IMG/VR virus record: IMGVR_UViG_3300027571_000004
Span: 1 to 64,000 of that record
Length of the DNA stretch: 64,000 bases
Direction: 5' to 3' (one strand)
DNA from: a virus
Taxonomy: Duplodnaviria; Caudoviricetes
Within the stretch, counting starts at the first letter, position 1. Every line of letters starts with the position of its first letter. Made by a program: the position numbers and the translations under genes. This document shows positions 16,136 through 25,695 of this stretch, piece after piece. A model generated the notes under the pieces. That model was not told the origin of the DNA. It searched no databases and worked only from the letters and a program-made list of their open reading frames with translations.

Positions 16136-16344
16136 TGACAGAGCCAAGAAGTTTTGCCCTAATAGTAGACAATGTAGTTCAGGCTACATTTGATGTTTCC
16201 CCAGAAGCCGAAGCAGCCTTTATAAAAGAAATATCTGGGCTAAATGATATTCCCGTAGGAACAAAATTTAACCCAGATACTCAGTCTTTTTACTCAGATT
16301 TGTCTGACAATCCTATTCAGGAAAGCGATTCATCCATTCTTTAG
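16135..16344 (+). CDS. short VIDG-like protein
   Basis: MTEPRSFALIVDNVVQ...; TAATG-coupled start reset from the ORF track. Confidence 0.5.
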   Translation: MTEPRSFALIVDNVVQATFDVSPEAEAAFIKEISGLNDIPVGTKFNPDTQSFYSDLSDNPIQESDSSIL

Positions 16345-16861
16345 TTCTTGGAGTCAAGCCTTTCCAGGCTGACCAATCTTTTCCACCGTTTGACATATGA
16401 AATGCAATTTGTGCATTTACAACGGGATTTAGAAGGTCTGAGTTAGTTACAAGGTTAAACTTGTCTCTACGATCAGGACCTAGCATGCCAATCATATTAA
16501 TCTGAAACATACCATAAGAACTGTCGCCAGTCCCAGTATTTCCATTAAATCTGATTGGTTGTCCATTAGACTCTTTTTTGGCTATTGCCCAAGCCTCCTT
16601 TAGATCGTTGCCCCTAAAGCCAACGAGGTATAAAAGTTCCTTGAGTTCACCATCGGTTAGAGAACCCTTATTTTCAAACTTTTTTAATTTTTGCTCTGTA
16701 GAAACACTTAAAGCCTCTTGCGAGGCTTGACTTGTTACAACTACAGGTTTTGTACTTAAGTTGTTGCGTTCACTAGCATTAGCAGCATTTAAACCTTGTG
16801 CTGACATTACTATAATCGTGAGTATTCCGATGAGTTTTTGTTTATCTTGTGTTATGTTCAT
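16313..16861 (-). CDS. lysozyme-like/SLT-type transglycosylase with an N-terminal hydrophobic segment
   Basis: AIAKKES (catalytic Glu), SYGMFQIN, NP..NA, DWSAW; AAGGAGG RBS. Confidence 0.8.
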   Translation of the reverse strand: MNITQDKQKLIGILTIIVMSAQGLNAANASERNNLSTKPVVVTSQASQEALSVSTEQKLKKFENKGSLTDGELKELLYLVGFRGNDLKEAWAIAKKESNGQPIRFNGNTGTGDSSYGMFQINMIGMLGPDRRDKFNLVTNSDLLNPVVNAQIAFHMSNGGKDWSAWKGLTPRTKEWMNRFPE

Positions 16862-16910
16862 CTGTTTCCTCCTTAGAAACGAAAAACCCCTTTCAGGGTT
16901 GTTACTACCA

Positions 16911-16940
16911 AGTATAACATAATTTTACCCCAAAAGTCAA
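16911..16940 (-). promoter_or_regulatory. TTGACT-18-TATACT extended -10 promoter for the transglycosylase
   Basis: Shares TTGACTTTTGGGGT with the promoter at 2132-2160. Confidence 0.7.
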
Positions 16941-17003
16941 TTTTGAGCACATTATTTTTAAAATGGCAAATGTAGACATTGAAAAGTGGTATAATGAATC
17001 ATT

Positions 17004-17513
17004 ATGACAAATACAAGCGGATCTTTCCCATTACCATACCCAGAGTCTTCTGATCCAGTTAATGTTCATGGAGATATTAAAGACTTGGCTTCAGAAGTAA
17101 GTCAAACGCTGAGCGCTTTAAATTTATCTATTATTCAAATTAATGTTATAAATAATTCTGGATCTGCAATTACAGCAGGATCTCCCGTATATGCAACGGG
17201 ATACACAACAGCAACAACAGTTTCAAAAGCAACACCAACAACTTCCCCAATTCTAGGATTAGCAAAACAAGCGATAGCATCAGGTGCATCAGGAGTTGTT
17301 GTAGTTGCAGGAGTTTTAAACAATATTAATACAAGTTCTTTCGCTAACGGAGATGTTCTTTATGTTGGAGCCACTGGAGGCTTGACAAACTCAAGACCTG
17401 CAGGTGGTTCAGGAGCAGTAGGAATAGTAGCACAGGCTGCTACTGCTGGAACAATTATTGTTGAGGCAAAAGGCAACGGTACATGGGGGGCACTAAAGGC
17501 TGGACTAGCCTAA
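17004..17513 (+). CDS. putative capsid decoration/fibre base protein
   Basis: LPYP..SDP N-terminus; G...G..LY.G..G.LT..RP beta-rich domain. Confidence 0.55.
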   Translation: MTNTSGSFPLPYPESSDPVNVHGDIKDLASEVSQTLSALNLSIIQINVINNSGSAITAGSPVYATGYTTATTVSKATPTTSPILGLAKQAIASGASGVVVVAGVLNNINTSSFANGDVLYVGATGGLTNSRPAGGSGAVGIVAQAATAGTIIVEAKGNGTWGALKAGLA

Positions 17514-17530
17514 TAGTGATATAATAAACC

Positions 17531-17947
17531 ATGGCAACTTTAAGAGGATCTCAAACATCATACGACATAGGAAATAAACCTCCTACAGTTGTTTGGACTG
17601 TAGTTCGTGGAGATACTTCTGGCTTTAAGGTTTATGTAACTGATGATGCAAAGGTCCCGCTAATTTTAAAGGGTGCTGGATCTGAATGGGACATCGCTAT
17701 GAAGATTAAAAGACCAACCCTTGCAGCAGACAAAGGAGTCATCACTGATAACGCAACTACAATCATGGCATTGCATCCAGTTGCAGATGAAGACGATTTA
17801 GTTGGAGAGTTTACAGTTTGGCTTACAGCAGAAGAGTCTAATGTCTTACAAACAGGAGACATCTTTGATATTCAAGTGTCAGACCCAACAAGAGTTTGGA
17901 CAGTTGCTCAGGGCAGCATGAAAATTCTTGAAGATGTAACAGATTAA
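17531..17947 (+). CDS. virion protein, BppU-N-like Ig domain (paralog 3)
   Basis: WTVVRGDTSGFKV...FDIQV...VWTVAQGSM; leaderless start. Confidence 0.6.
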   Translation: MATLRGSQTSYDIGNKPPTVVWTVVRGDTSGFKVYVTDDAKVPLILKGAGSEWDIAMKIKRPTLAADKGVITDNATTIMALHPVADEDDLVGEFTVWLTAEESNVLQTGDIFDIQVSDPTRVWTVAQGSMKILEDVTD

Positions 17948-18171
17948 TGGCCACAGCAATAATTCTTGATGAACTAAGTAACAACACAAAACGAATTTTC
18001 CCAATTGACTACCCAGTAGTTCAAATAGAAAACCTTGAAAGAACTGTATCTATAAGCGAAGTATTACCCTTTAGGGTTCGTTTTACAGCAATACAGGTAC
18101 AGGCAATTGGCTTAGGAAATACCCCAGCAATTCCCCTACAAGTAATTGGATACAGCAATTACATTCTTTAA
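17947..18171 (+). CDS. hypothetical structural protein (74 aa)
   Basis: ORF track; TAATG coupling. Confidence 0.65.
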   Translation: MATAIILDELSNNTKRIFPIDYPVVQIENLERTVSISEVLPFRVRFTAIQVQAIGLGNTPAIPLQVIGYSNYIL

Positions 18172-18201
18172 TTAGTTAGAAATAGATGCTATAATACCAT
18201 T

Positions 18202-18651
18202 ATGGCTAAGATATCAGTTTCAAGCGTTAAGGGGTTATTCCAAACAGGTGATAGACCCACTCAAGAAAATTATGTAGATTTAATTGATACCCTTTCATCC
18301 CAAGCAACAGAGTTGGGATCAGCAGGTAACAACAACGAAAATACAATTGCGGATATTCAAAACGTAACTGTAATTGATAATTTTGATGCCACACAATGGC
18401 GAATGGTCAAGTATATTATTTCAATATCCAAGACTACAGCAGGGGACAATAAGTTCTATGCAACCGAAATAAGTATTCTTGTTGACGGTACAGATGTATC
18501 TGTTAATGAGTATGGAACAATCGACAATGATGGGAATATTGGCACCATTAATGTCTCTCGCACTGGAAATACCGTGGCTTTATCAGTCACTCCAGATCCT
18601 GCGATCAAGCCAGTCACCGTACGATATGCTCGTATGGGACTTAAGGCATAA
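18202..18651 (+). CDS. fibre adapter protein
   Basis: F.TGDRPTQENY.DLID N-terminus; C-terminal domain (..EYG.I) homologous to the C-terminus of 18669-20762. Confidence 0.65.
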   Translation: MAKISVSSVKGLFQTGDRPTQENYVDLIDTLSSQATELGSAGNNNENTIADIQNVTVIDNFDATQWRMVKYIISISKTTAGDNKFYATEISILVDGTDVSVNEYGTIDNDGNIGTINVSRTGNTVALSVTPDPAIKPVTVRYARMGLKA

Positions 18652-18668
18652 CTAAGGAGATATAAAAA

Positions 18669-20762
18669 ATGGCAACAGTAAATAAAGATTTTAAAATTAA
18701 GAGTGGTCTCATTGTTGAAGGTACAACAGCGACAGTCAACAACTTTGACGTTCTTACAAAGAAAACAGCAGATCAAAATTATATTATTGATCTTATTGGT
18801 GGTACAGCAACATCTGCTAACACAGCAAACACAGTTGTAAAGCGTGATGCTACTGGAGATTTTGCTGCTGGTGATATTACAGCAGACTTGATTGGTAACG
18901 TAACTGGTACAGTATCAGATATTTCAAACCACGATACCGATGATCTTGGTGAGGGCACAATTAACCAATATTTCACAAACCAAAGAGCACTTGATGCAAC
19001 TAACGCTGCATATGATGCAGCAGGTACAGGAGCAGCAGAAGCAGATGTAGTAGCAGGAGATCTTTCAGATCACGAAGCAGCAACAGCAGCACACGGTGCA
19101 ACAGGTGCGGTAGTTGGAACAACGAACACACAGACATTAACAAATAAGACTATTGGAGATACACTTAACTTCACTGGGGCAGGAGCAATGACAATCAACT
19201 CTGATTCTCATATCGTTCTTACTCCAGCAGCAGGCTCTTCTGTTAAGTGGGGTGCAGATGTTCTTGCAACTCGTGGTTACGCAGATCAAGCAGAAGCAGA
19301 TGCAATTTCAACAGCATCAGCAGATGCTACAACTAAGGCTGACGCAGCAGAAGCAGACGCTATCTCAGCAGCAGCAACAGATGCAACTAACAAAGTAGCA
19401 GCAGAAGCAGCACTTAGAGTTTCTGGAGATTCAGCATCAGTTGCTACAGCATCAGCAGACGCTACTTCAAAGGCAAATGCTGCACAAGCAGCAGCAGAAG
19501 CAACAGCAGCAGCAGATGCTACTGCAAAAGCAGATGCAGCACAAGCAGCAGCAAATGCTTACACAGATGCCGAAGTTGCAGCACTTGTTGACTCAGCACC
19601 AGCACTTCTTGATACACTTAATGAATTAGCAGCAGCAATTTCAGATAATCCAAATTATGCAACAGACCTTGCTACAGCAGTTGGTGAAAAGGTAGCAAAG
19701 GCTGGCGACACAATGACTGGAGCCTTGACATTGTCAGGTGCCCCTACATCATCATTACATGCAGCAACTAAGGGTTATGTAGATACAGCAGAATCAAACG
19801 CTGCATCAGACGCTACTTCAAAGGCAAATGCTGCACAAGCAGCAGCAGAGGCTACAGCATCAGCAGACGCAACTACAAAGGCTAACAATGCTAAGTCAGG
19901 TGCAGAAGCAACTGCTTCATCAGATGCAACTTCAAAGGTTGCTGCAGAAGCAGCACTTAGAGTATCAGGTGATTCAGCCTCAGTAGCAACTGCTTCAGCA
20001 GATGCAACAAGCAAGGCAAACGCTGCACAAGCAGCAGCAGAAGCAACTGCTTCAGCAGATGCAACAAGCAAGGCTAACGCAGCAAAGTCTGCAGCAGAGG
20101 CCACAGCATCAGCAGACGCTACTTCAAAGGCAAATGCTGCACAAGCAGCAGCAATTGCACACGCAGATGCACTTGATACAGATGATGTTGCAGAAGGAAC
20201 AGCACAGTACTTTACAGATGCTCGTGCCAAGGCTTCAGCAGCAGATCTTTTGACTGGCGCTACAAAGACTAACATTACCATAACAGGTTCAGGTTCAGGC
20301 CTTGTTATTACCGCAGAAAACGGTGTAGCAGATTCTGATACTGATGATCTTGATGAGGGTACAACAAACCTTTACTTCACAGATGTCCGTGCAGTAGATG
20401 CTCTTGAAGCAGTTGTTCCAAACTTCACAGCAGTTGAGTTAAACTCAGTTGCTAAGCAAGTTGCAGCAACACTCTCAGCACCAACAGCAGGAGTTCAGAC
20501 AGCCCACGCTTTTGCAAAGGCTGACTACCGTTCAGCAGAATACCTTGTAAAGGTTGCCTACGGAACACATACTGAAATCTCAAAGGTCCTCTTGACACTT
20601 GATACTTCAGACAACATTGCAATTACTGAATACGGAATTGTCGGAACAAATGGCTCAGCGTCATCAGTTTCAGCAGGTATTTCAGGATCAAACGTACAAC
20701 TTCAGGTTACAACCGTTAACAATAACTCAACAGTTACTGTTGTCGGAACACTTGTTGCGTAA
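18669..20762 (+). CDS. long Ala-rich coiled-coil fibre protein
   Basis: ADATSKANAAQAAAEATAS repeats; TDDL.EG..N.YFT..RA repeats; APALLDTLNELAAA. Confidence 0.8.
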   Translation: MATVNKDFKIKSGLIVEGTTATVNNFDVLTKKTADQNYIIDLIGGTATSANTANTVVKRDATGDFAAGDITADLIGNVTGTVSDISNHDTDDLGEGTINQYFTNQRALDATNAAYDAAGTGAAEADVVAGDLSDHEAATAAHGATGAVVGTTNTQTLTNKTIGDTLNFTGAGAMTINSDSHIVLTPAAGSSVKWGADVLATRGYADQAEADAISTASADATTKADAAEADAISAAATDATNKVAAEAALRVSGDSASVATASADATSKANAAQAAAEATAAADATAKADAAQAAANAYTDAEVAALVDSAPALLDTLNELAAAISDNPNYATDLATAVGEKVAKAGDTMTGALTLSGAPTSSLHAATKGYVDTAESNAASDATSKANAAQAAAEATASADATTKANNAKSGAEATASSDATSKVAAEAALRVSGDSASVATASADATSKANAAQAAAEATASADATSKANAAKSAAEATASADATSKANAAQAAAIAHADALDTDDVAEGTAQYFTDARAKASAADLLTGATKTNITITGSGSGLVITAENGVADSDTDDLDEGTTNLYFTDVRAVDALEAVVPNFTAVELNSVAKQVAATLSAPTAGVQTAHAFAKADYRSAEYLVKVAYGTHTEISKVLLTLDTSDNIAITEYGIVGTNGSASSVSAGISGSNVQLQVTTVNNNSTVTVVGTLVA

Positions 20763-20797
20763 TAAAAAATAAAAATAGTTGGAAGAGGGAGTAGTAA

Positions 20798-21247
20798 ATG
20801 GCAACAGTCGCAAAAGACTTCAAGGTAAAGAATGGACTCATCGTTGCAAACGGTGGTTCTTTTGGCGGGACAGTTGAGGTAGCAACACCTACATCAAATA
20901 GCCACGCAGCAACCAAGGAGTATGTTGACTCAAGATCAATGGCTGTTGGCGCTACTGCTCCTTCTTCACCAACTAATGGAACAATGTGGTTAGACACTGC
21001 AACAAACAGAGTTAACTTCTATTACGATGGAACTTGGTATACCCAAGCAACTATTGATGATACAAATAATCTTCCAGAACACATTCACGATACTGCAATT
21101 GATGGAACAGGTTTCATCGTTTCGCAGTTCTATAATGGAGGAAGTTTTAACAGCCCATTGGGTGTAGGATTAGATGCAGGTGGACCAGACTCAACAGTTT
21201 GGACAGTTGTTTTTGATGGCGGTAGTGCAGTAGATAACTTCAATTAA
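20798..21247 (+). CDS. fibre segment protein
   Basis: N-terminus MATVAKDFKVKNGL matches 18669; HAATKEYVD; PSSPTNGTMW. Confidence 0.7.
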   Translation: MATVAKDFKVKNGLIVANGGSFGGTVEVATPTSNSHAATKEYVDSRSMAVGATAPSSPTNGTMWLDTATNRVNFYYDGTWYTQATIDDTNNLPEHIHDTAIDGTGFIVSQFYNGGSFNSPLGVGLDAGGPDSTVWTVVFDGGSAVDNFN

Positions 21248-21301
21248 ATTGATGTTATAATAAGATAGATAATAATGGGCAGCACCCATAAGGAGATATA
21301 A

Positions 21302-23464
21302 ATGGCAACTAGAATGCAACAGCGCAGAGGAACTGCGACACAATGGACAACAGCAAACCCAACTTTAGCCCCAGGCGAAATTGGATTCGAAACAGATACC
21401 AACCAGTTTAAAATTGGTGACGGTGTTAATCAGTGGGAAGACCTATCTTACTTCAAGAACCTTGAAGATCTAGGTGGCTCACTAGATGATTATGTCCCTC
21501 TTACTACAAAAGGCCAAGCAAATGGCGTTGCCTCTCTTAATGCTCAAGGAGTCATTCCTTCTGAGCAAATTCCTTCTCTAGTCGGCCTTGATACAGAAAT
21601 TACAACTGCTGTAAATAATGCAGTTACCGCACTTGTTGATGGCGCTCCTTTAGCCCTTAATACACTTAACGAGTTGGCAGCAGCAGTAAATGATGACGCA
21701 TCATACGCTGCATCAATGACTCTTATTACTGACCAACTAGCAGAAAATTTAAGTGATCACGAAGTAGATACTACAACACACGGCGCAACAGGAGCAGTTG
21801 TTGGAACAACTAACACTCAGACATTAACTAATAAGACAATGTCTGGTGCAAGCAATACTTTTAGCGCAATCCCACAATCAGCAGTTACTGATTTGGTTTC
21901 AGATATCTCAACAATTGAGACTGACATTACTACTATTGAAGGAAACATTTCTGGCCTAAATACTGCTGTAGGACTTCGTGCCACATCAGCAGACCCAACA
22001 TTCACAGGAACAGTTATTCTTCCAGCAACAACATCAATTGGTACACTTACTTCAACAGAACTAGGATATCTTGATGGAATTACTTCATCAGTTCAAACAC
22101 AACTAGATGCTAAAGCAGAGTCTTCTTCAATTACTGAAGCAGCACAAGAAGCAGTAAACGCTGCCCTAGTTGCGGGTACAGGATTAGACAAGACCTATGA
22201 TGATGAAGCAAATACAATTACTATTGACATAGATTCAACAGTAGCAACTAAGACTTATGCAGATAATGCAGTAACAACTCACAAAGATGCTACAACAAAT
22301 ATTCACGGCATTGTAGACACTGCAGCACTCGCAACTAAGACTTATTCGGACTCAGCAGTAAGCACACACTCTATTGATACAACAGATGTACATGGTATTG
22401 CAGATACTTCAGCACTAGCATTGACAGCGACAGTTAACACAGCGCTTGATCTAAAAGCACCCCTAGCATCCCCTACTTTTACAGGTACGGTATCTGGTGT
22501 TACTAAGACACATGTAGGCCTAGGAAATGTTGATAACACAACAGATGCACTAAAGCCAGTTTCAACTGCTACACAGACAGCACTTGATGCAAAACTTGAT
22601 TCCTTAACTGCTTCAACAACATATGCACCATTATCTTCTCCAACATTTACAGGGACTGTAACACTTCCTGCTAATACAATTTCACAATCAATGATGAGTG
22701 ACGATTCGGTTGGAACAAACGAAATTGTTGCACTTGCAGTAACAGAAGGAAAAATTGCAGACGGAGCAATAACAAACGCAAAAGTTTCAGCCACTGCAGC
22801 AATTGCAACATCTAAAATTTCAGGACTTGACACAGCCCTTGGACTACTAGCACCAATCGCTTCTCCTACTTTTACTGGCACAGTTGCTGGTATTACTAAA
22901 GGAATGGTTGGGCTTGGTCTTGTAGATAATACTGCAGATACAAGTAAGCCAGTTTCAACAGCCCAGGCTTCAGCAATTGCTACTGCTAAATCAGAAGCAA
23001 TCGCAGATGCTACATCACAAGTAAATGCTCTTCTCACAGGAGCACCAGCAGCACTCAACACTCTTGATGAGTTAGCAGCAGCCCTTGGTGATGACGCAAA
23101 CTTTGCTTCAACAGTTACAACATCACTTGCTGCAAAGACTCCAGAACTTTATACATTTACACCTGATGCAACAACAACAAGAGTTCTTGCTCTTGGCGAT
23201 AAGTTCGCATCAATTAAATTTACAGGAGCAACAGCAACAAGTATTACTGTACCAACCAACGCATCAGTAGCGTTCCCAGTCGGAACGTACATTGAATTTT
23301 ATCAATTTGGTGCAGGACAACTAACAGTAACTGCAGTAACTCCAGGAACAACATCAATTAGATCAACAGATTCTCAGAATAAGTCAAGAACTCAGTACTC
23401 ATCTATGGTTTTAGTCAAGGTAGATACTGATGAATGGCTACTTACTGGAGATCTAACAGCATAA
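21302..23464 (+). CDS. fibre protein with an Mtd/hyaluronidase-type N-terminal domain
   Basis: RRGTATQW..ANPTLAPGEIGFETDT..FKIGDG; APLASPTFTGTV and VGLGNVDNT repeats; C-terminal WLLTGDLTA. Confidence 0.8.
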   Translation: MATRMQQRRGTATQWTTANPTLAPGEIGFETDTNQFKIGDGVNQWEDLSYFKNLEDLGGSLDDYVPLTTKGQANGVASLNAQGVIPSEQIPSLVGLDTEITTAVNNAVTALVDGAPLALNTLNELAAAVNDDASYAASMTLITDQLAENLSDHEVDTTTHGATGAVVGTTNTQTLTNKTMSGASNTFSAIPQSAVTDLVSDISTIETDITTIEGNISGLNTAVGLRATSADPTFTGTVILPATTSIGTLTSTELGYLDGITSSVQTQLDAKAESSSITEAAQEAVNAALVAGTGLDKTYDDEANTITIDIDSTVATKTYADNAVTTHKDATTNIHGIVDTAALATKTYSDSAVSTHSIDTTDVHGIADTSALALTATVNTALDLKAPLASPTFTGTVSGVTKTHVGLGNVDNTTDALKPVSTATQTALDAKLDSLTASTTYAPLSSPTFTGTVTLPANTISQSMMSDDSVGTNEIVALAVTEGKIADGAITNAKVSATAAIATSKISGLDTALGLLAPIASPTFTGTVAGITKGMVGLGLVDNTADTSKPVSTAQASAIATAKSEAIADATSQVNALLTGAPAALNTLDELAAALGDDANFASTVTTSLAAKTPELYTFTPDATTTRVLALGDKFASIKFTGATATSITVPTNASVAFPVGTYIEFYQFGAGQLTVTAVTPGTTSIRSTDSQNKSRTQYSSMVLVKVDTDEWLLTGDLTA

Positions 23465-23498
23465 CAGTATTAAAAAAAACGAAACCAGGGAGATTTAA

Positions 23499-25226
23499 AT
23501 GCCAAGAAAAACAGGAGGAAGATCCGCAAAGGTATCTTCAAGATTAAAGGCCTTAAAGAATGTTATAGAAACATTTGTTCGTTCTGACTCTGCCAGTCTT
23601 GGCAAGACAGCAACAGGGGCTTCTTGGTCCAATGTTCGTGGATCTTGGGGTATTTCATCAAACATGGCATCGTCTTCTGATTCAGGATCATCATACCCAC
23701 TAGCAACCCTCAACTTTTCTGAACAAGATGTAACCATAACAGCCAAGGGCGTAGGCCCAGGAGTTGGAACAGCCTTTTGGGTAACAGACTCAAATAACTG
23801 GTGGGGAACATATGTTGATACAGAGCAAGTTTGTCAAACATGTTCATCTGGCGGAAACTGTTCTACTTATGGAACTGTTTTAAATCAAGCATCTACTTGT
23901 TCAACTTACGGAACTGTTTTAAATCAAGCATCTACTTGTTCTACTTATGGAACTCAAGTTAATGCTAACTCTACCTGTGCTACTTACGGAAATGTAATGA
24001 ATGTGGCACCATCTTGTTCAACTTACGGAACTGTAATGAACGTTGCATCAAACTGTGCTACATACGGAACAAACTACGGAGTAGGAAACTGTGCTTCTTA
24101 TGGTACAAACTATTCTGGTGGTAACTGTGCAGCATATGGAGTTGTTTCATACTCTGGTGGTAACTGTGCAGCATATGGTGTAACCTCTTATAGCGGTGGA
24201 GGATGTACCTCTTATGGAGTTTCTGGTTACAGTGGAGGAGGATGTACCTCTTATGGAGTTTCTGGTTACGGTGGAGGAGGATGTTCTGCTTATGGAACTG
24301 TCATGAACTCAGCAGGTGGCTGTTCAACATATGGTCAAGGCGCAGTTACTTATGGATTAGTAGCAACAGGTACACCTTACGGTGGCAGTGGTGGAAATGC
24401 TTCCCCATGTTCAAACTGTGGATCATGTCCAACAGGAACATCTTGTCGAAACCTTGGTAGACCAACTACATGTAACGCATATTCAGCAGCAGCATATGGA
24501 ATTACTTGTAACGCAACTGCTGCAACAAACGTATCTTACGGATGTACAGGATATGCTCCAACAAACGTAAACTATGGCTGTGCATCATTTGCTGCAACAA
24601 GCGCAGTATATGGATGTACTTCAACAAATGCAGTAAATCCAAACTATGGATGTACTTCAGCCAATGCAACTGTGGCCTCTACATTCTGTGCAAGCACAAA
24701 CTACACATCAGCAACTTTCTGTGCAACAGCAAATTCCGCAGTGTATGGAACTCAGTGTAATGCTAACAACGCAGCAGTATATGGCACACAGTGTAATGTT
24801 TACAACGCAACAGTCTATGGAACAGTATGTAATGCTAACAACGCAGCAGTATATGGCACACAGTGTAATGCTACCAATACAGCAGTATATGGAACTCAAT
24901 GTAATGCCACCAACGCTCTTGTATACTCAGCCTGTAACTGTGTAAATAATGACAAGGTTAAGATTATTAAAAATGTTGCGGGAACCATTTCAACAGTGGC
25001 AACCCTAGCATTTGCTGGAACAATCGCAGCAATTAAAACAGTACTATCTGGAAACTCAGTAACTGTATCAGCATATTCTAATACAGGTGCTACCACTCAA
25101 ATTGGATCAAGCCAAGCAACTACGATCTCTGGTCAAACAAAGAGCAAAGTTCATGGTATACTTAAGGGAGCAGTTACTTATGGCGCTGCTGCCACAAGTA
25201 CTATTGATCAATTTGAGGTGAGTTAA
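23499..25226 (+). CDS. virion protein: beta-sandwich-like domain split by a ~370-aa Cys-repeat insertion
   Basis: ETFVRSD..LG....W...RGSW N-half; 34 Cys between 23832 and 24941; HGI...IDQF C-half. Confidence 0.75.
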   Translation: MPRKTGGRSAKVSSRLKALKNVIETFVRSDSASLGKTATGASWSNVRGSWGISSNMASSSDSGSSYPLATLNFSEQDVTITAKGVGPGVGTAFWVTDSNNWWGTYVDTEQVCQTCSSGGNCSTYGTVLNQASTCSTYGTVLNQASTCSTYGTQVNANSTCATYGNVMNVAPSCSTYGTVMNVASNCATYGTNYGVGNCASYGTNYSGGNCAAYGVVSYSGGNCAAYGVTSYSGGGCTSYGVSGYSGGGCTSYGVSGYGGGGCSAYGTVMNSAGGCSTYGQGAVTYGLVATGTPYGGSGGNASPCSNCGSCPTGTSCRNLGRPTTCNAYSAAAYGITCNATAATNVSYGCTGYAPTNVNYGCASFAATSAVYGCTSTNAVNPNYGCTSANATVASTFCASTNYTSATFCATANSAVYGTQCNANNAAVYGTQCNVYNATVYGTVCNANNAAVYGTQCNATNTAVYGTQCNATNALVYSACNCVNNDKVKIIKNVAGTISTVATLAFAGTIAAIKTVLSGNSVTVSAYSNTGATTQIGSSQATTISGQTKSKVHGILKGAVTYGAAATSTIDQFEVS

Positions 25227-25694
25227 TTGGACGAGTATAAAAAATTATCTAAGCAGTTTAAAAAGCAAAAGAGATCTGATGCTTTGGGTCGCCTTGCTCA
25301 TAAAACTAGAAGAATAAACCCCTACCCAAGATTAAAGTATAAGTATCTTACTAAGAAAAACATTGCCCCAGATGTTTCTACTATCACTGAAAATATTGCA
25401 TTTGTAATTGATGGTCAAGTTGTAGAAATTATTCATTGTCAGCCAAAAATGGCTGCAATCCTTCTTAGTTCTCCAGAGATAGTTCAAGTCCCAGAAGGAC
25501 AGGTAATAAAGCCAGGGTTTAAATATGAAGATGGAAAGTTTGACCTTCCTGATGAGCCAACACAGCCTCAACAAGAAGATGACGACCTACCAACATTTAA
25601 AGATTATCTGAGTAGACTTAATGCTGGTTTACCACAACTACCCAAGTTATCAACTTTTAAAGATTATGTTTCAAAACTAAAAGAAAGAGTTTAG
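25227..25694 (+). CDS. VIDG-family protein (putative fibre chaperone)
   Basis: IAFVIDGQVV...AAILLSSPEIV...YEDGKF; C-terminal TFKDY repeat. Confidence 0.6.
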   Translation: MDEYKKLSKQFKKQKRSDALGRLAHKTRRINPYPRLKYKYLTKKNIAPDVSTITENIAFVIDGQVVEIIHCQPKMAAILLSSPEIVQVPEGQVIKPGFKYEDGKFDLPDEPTQPQQEDDDLPTFKDYLSRLNAGLPQLPKLSTFKDYVSKLKERV

Positions 25695-25695
25695 A

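Noticed and set aside
19441-20281. Gln-rich and antisense Ala/Ser ORFs in the fibre gene
   Set aside because: Frame shadows of GCA-rich Ala repeats; no RBS or promoter
21302-25226. Diversity-generating retroelement suggested by the Mtd-type N-terminal domain
   Set aside because: No reverse transcriptase in the window and no template/variable repeat pair with adenine-specific differences was seen; this domain is a common fibre anchor
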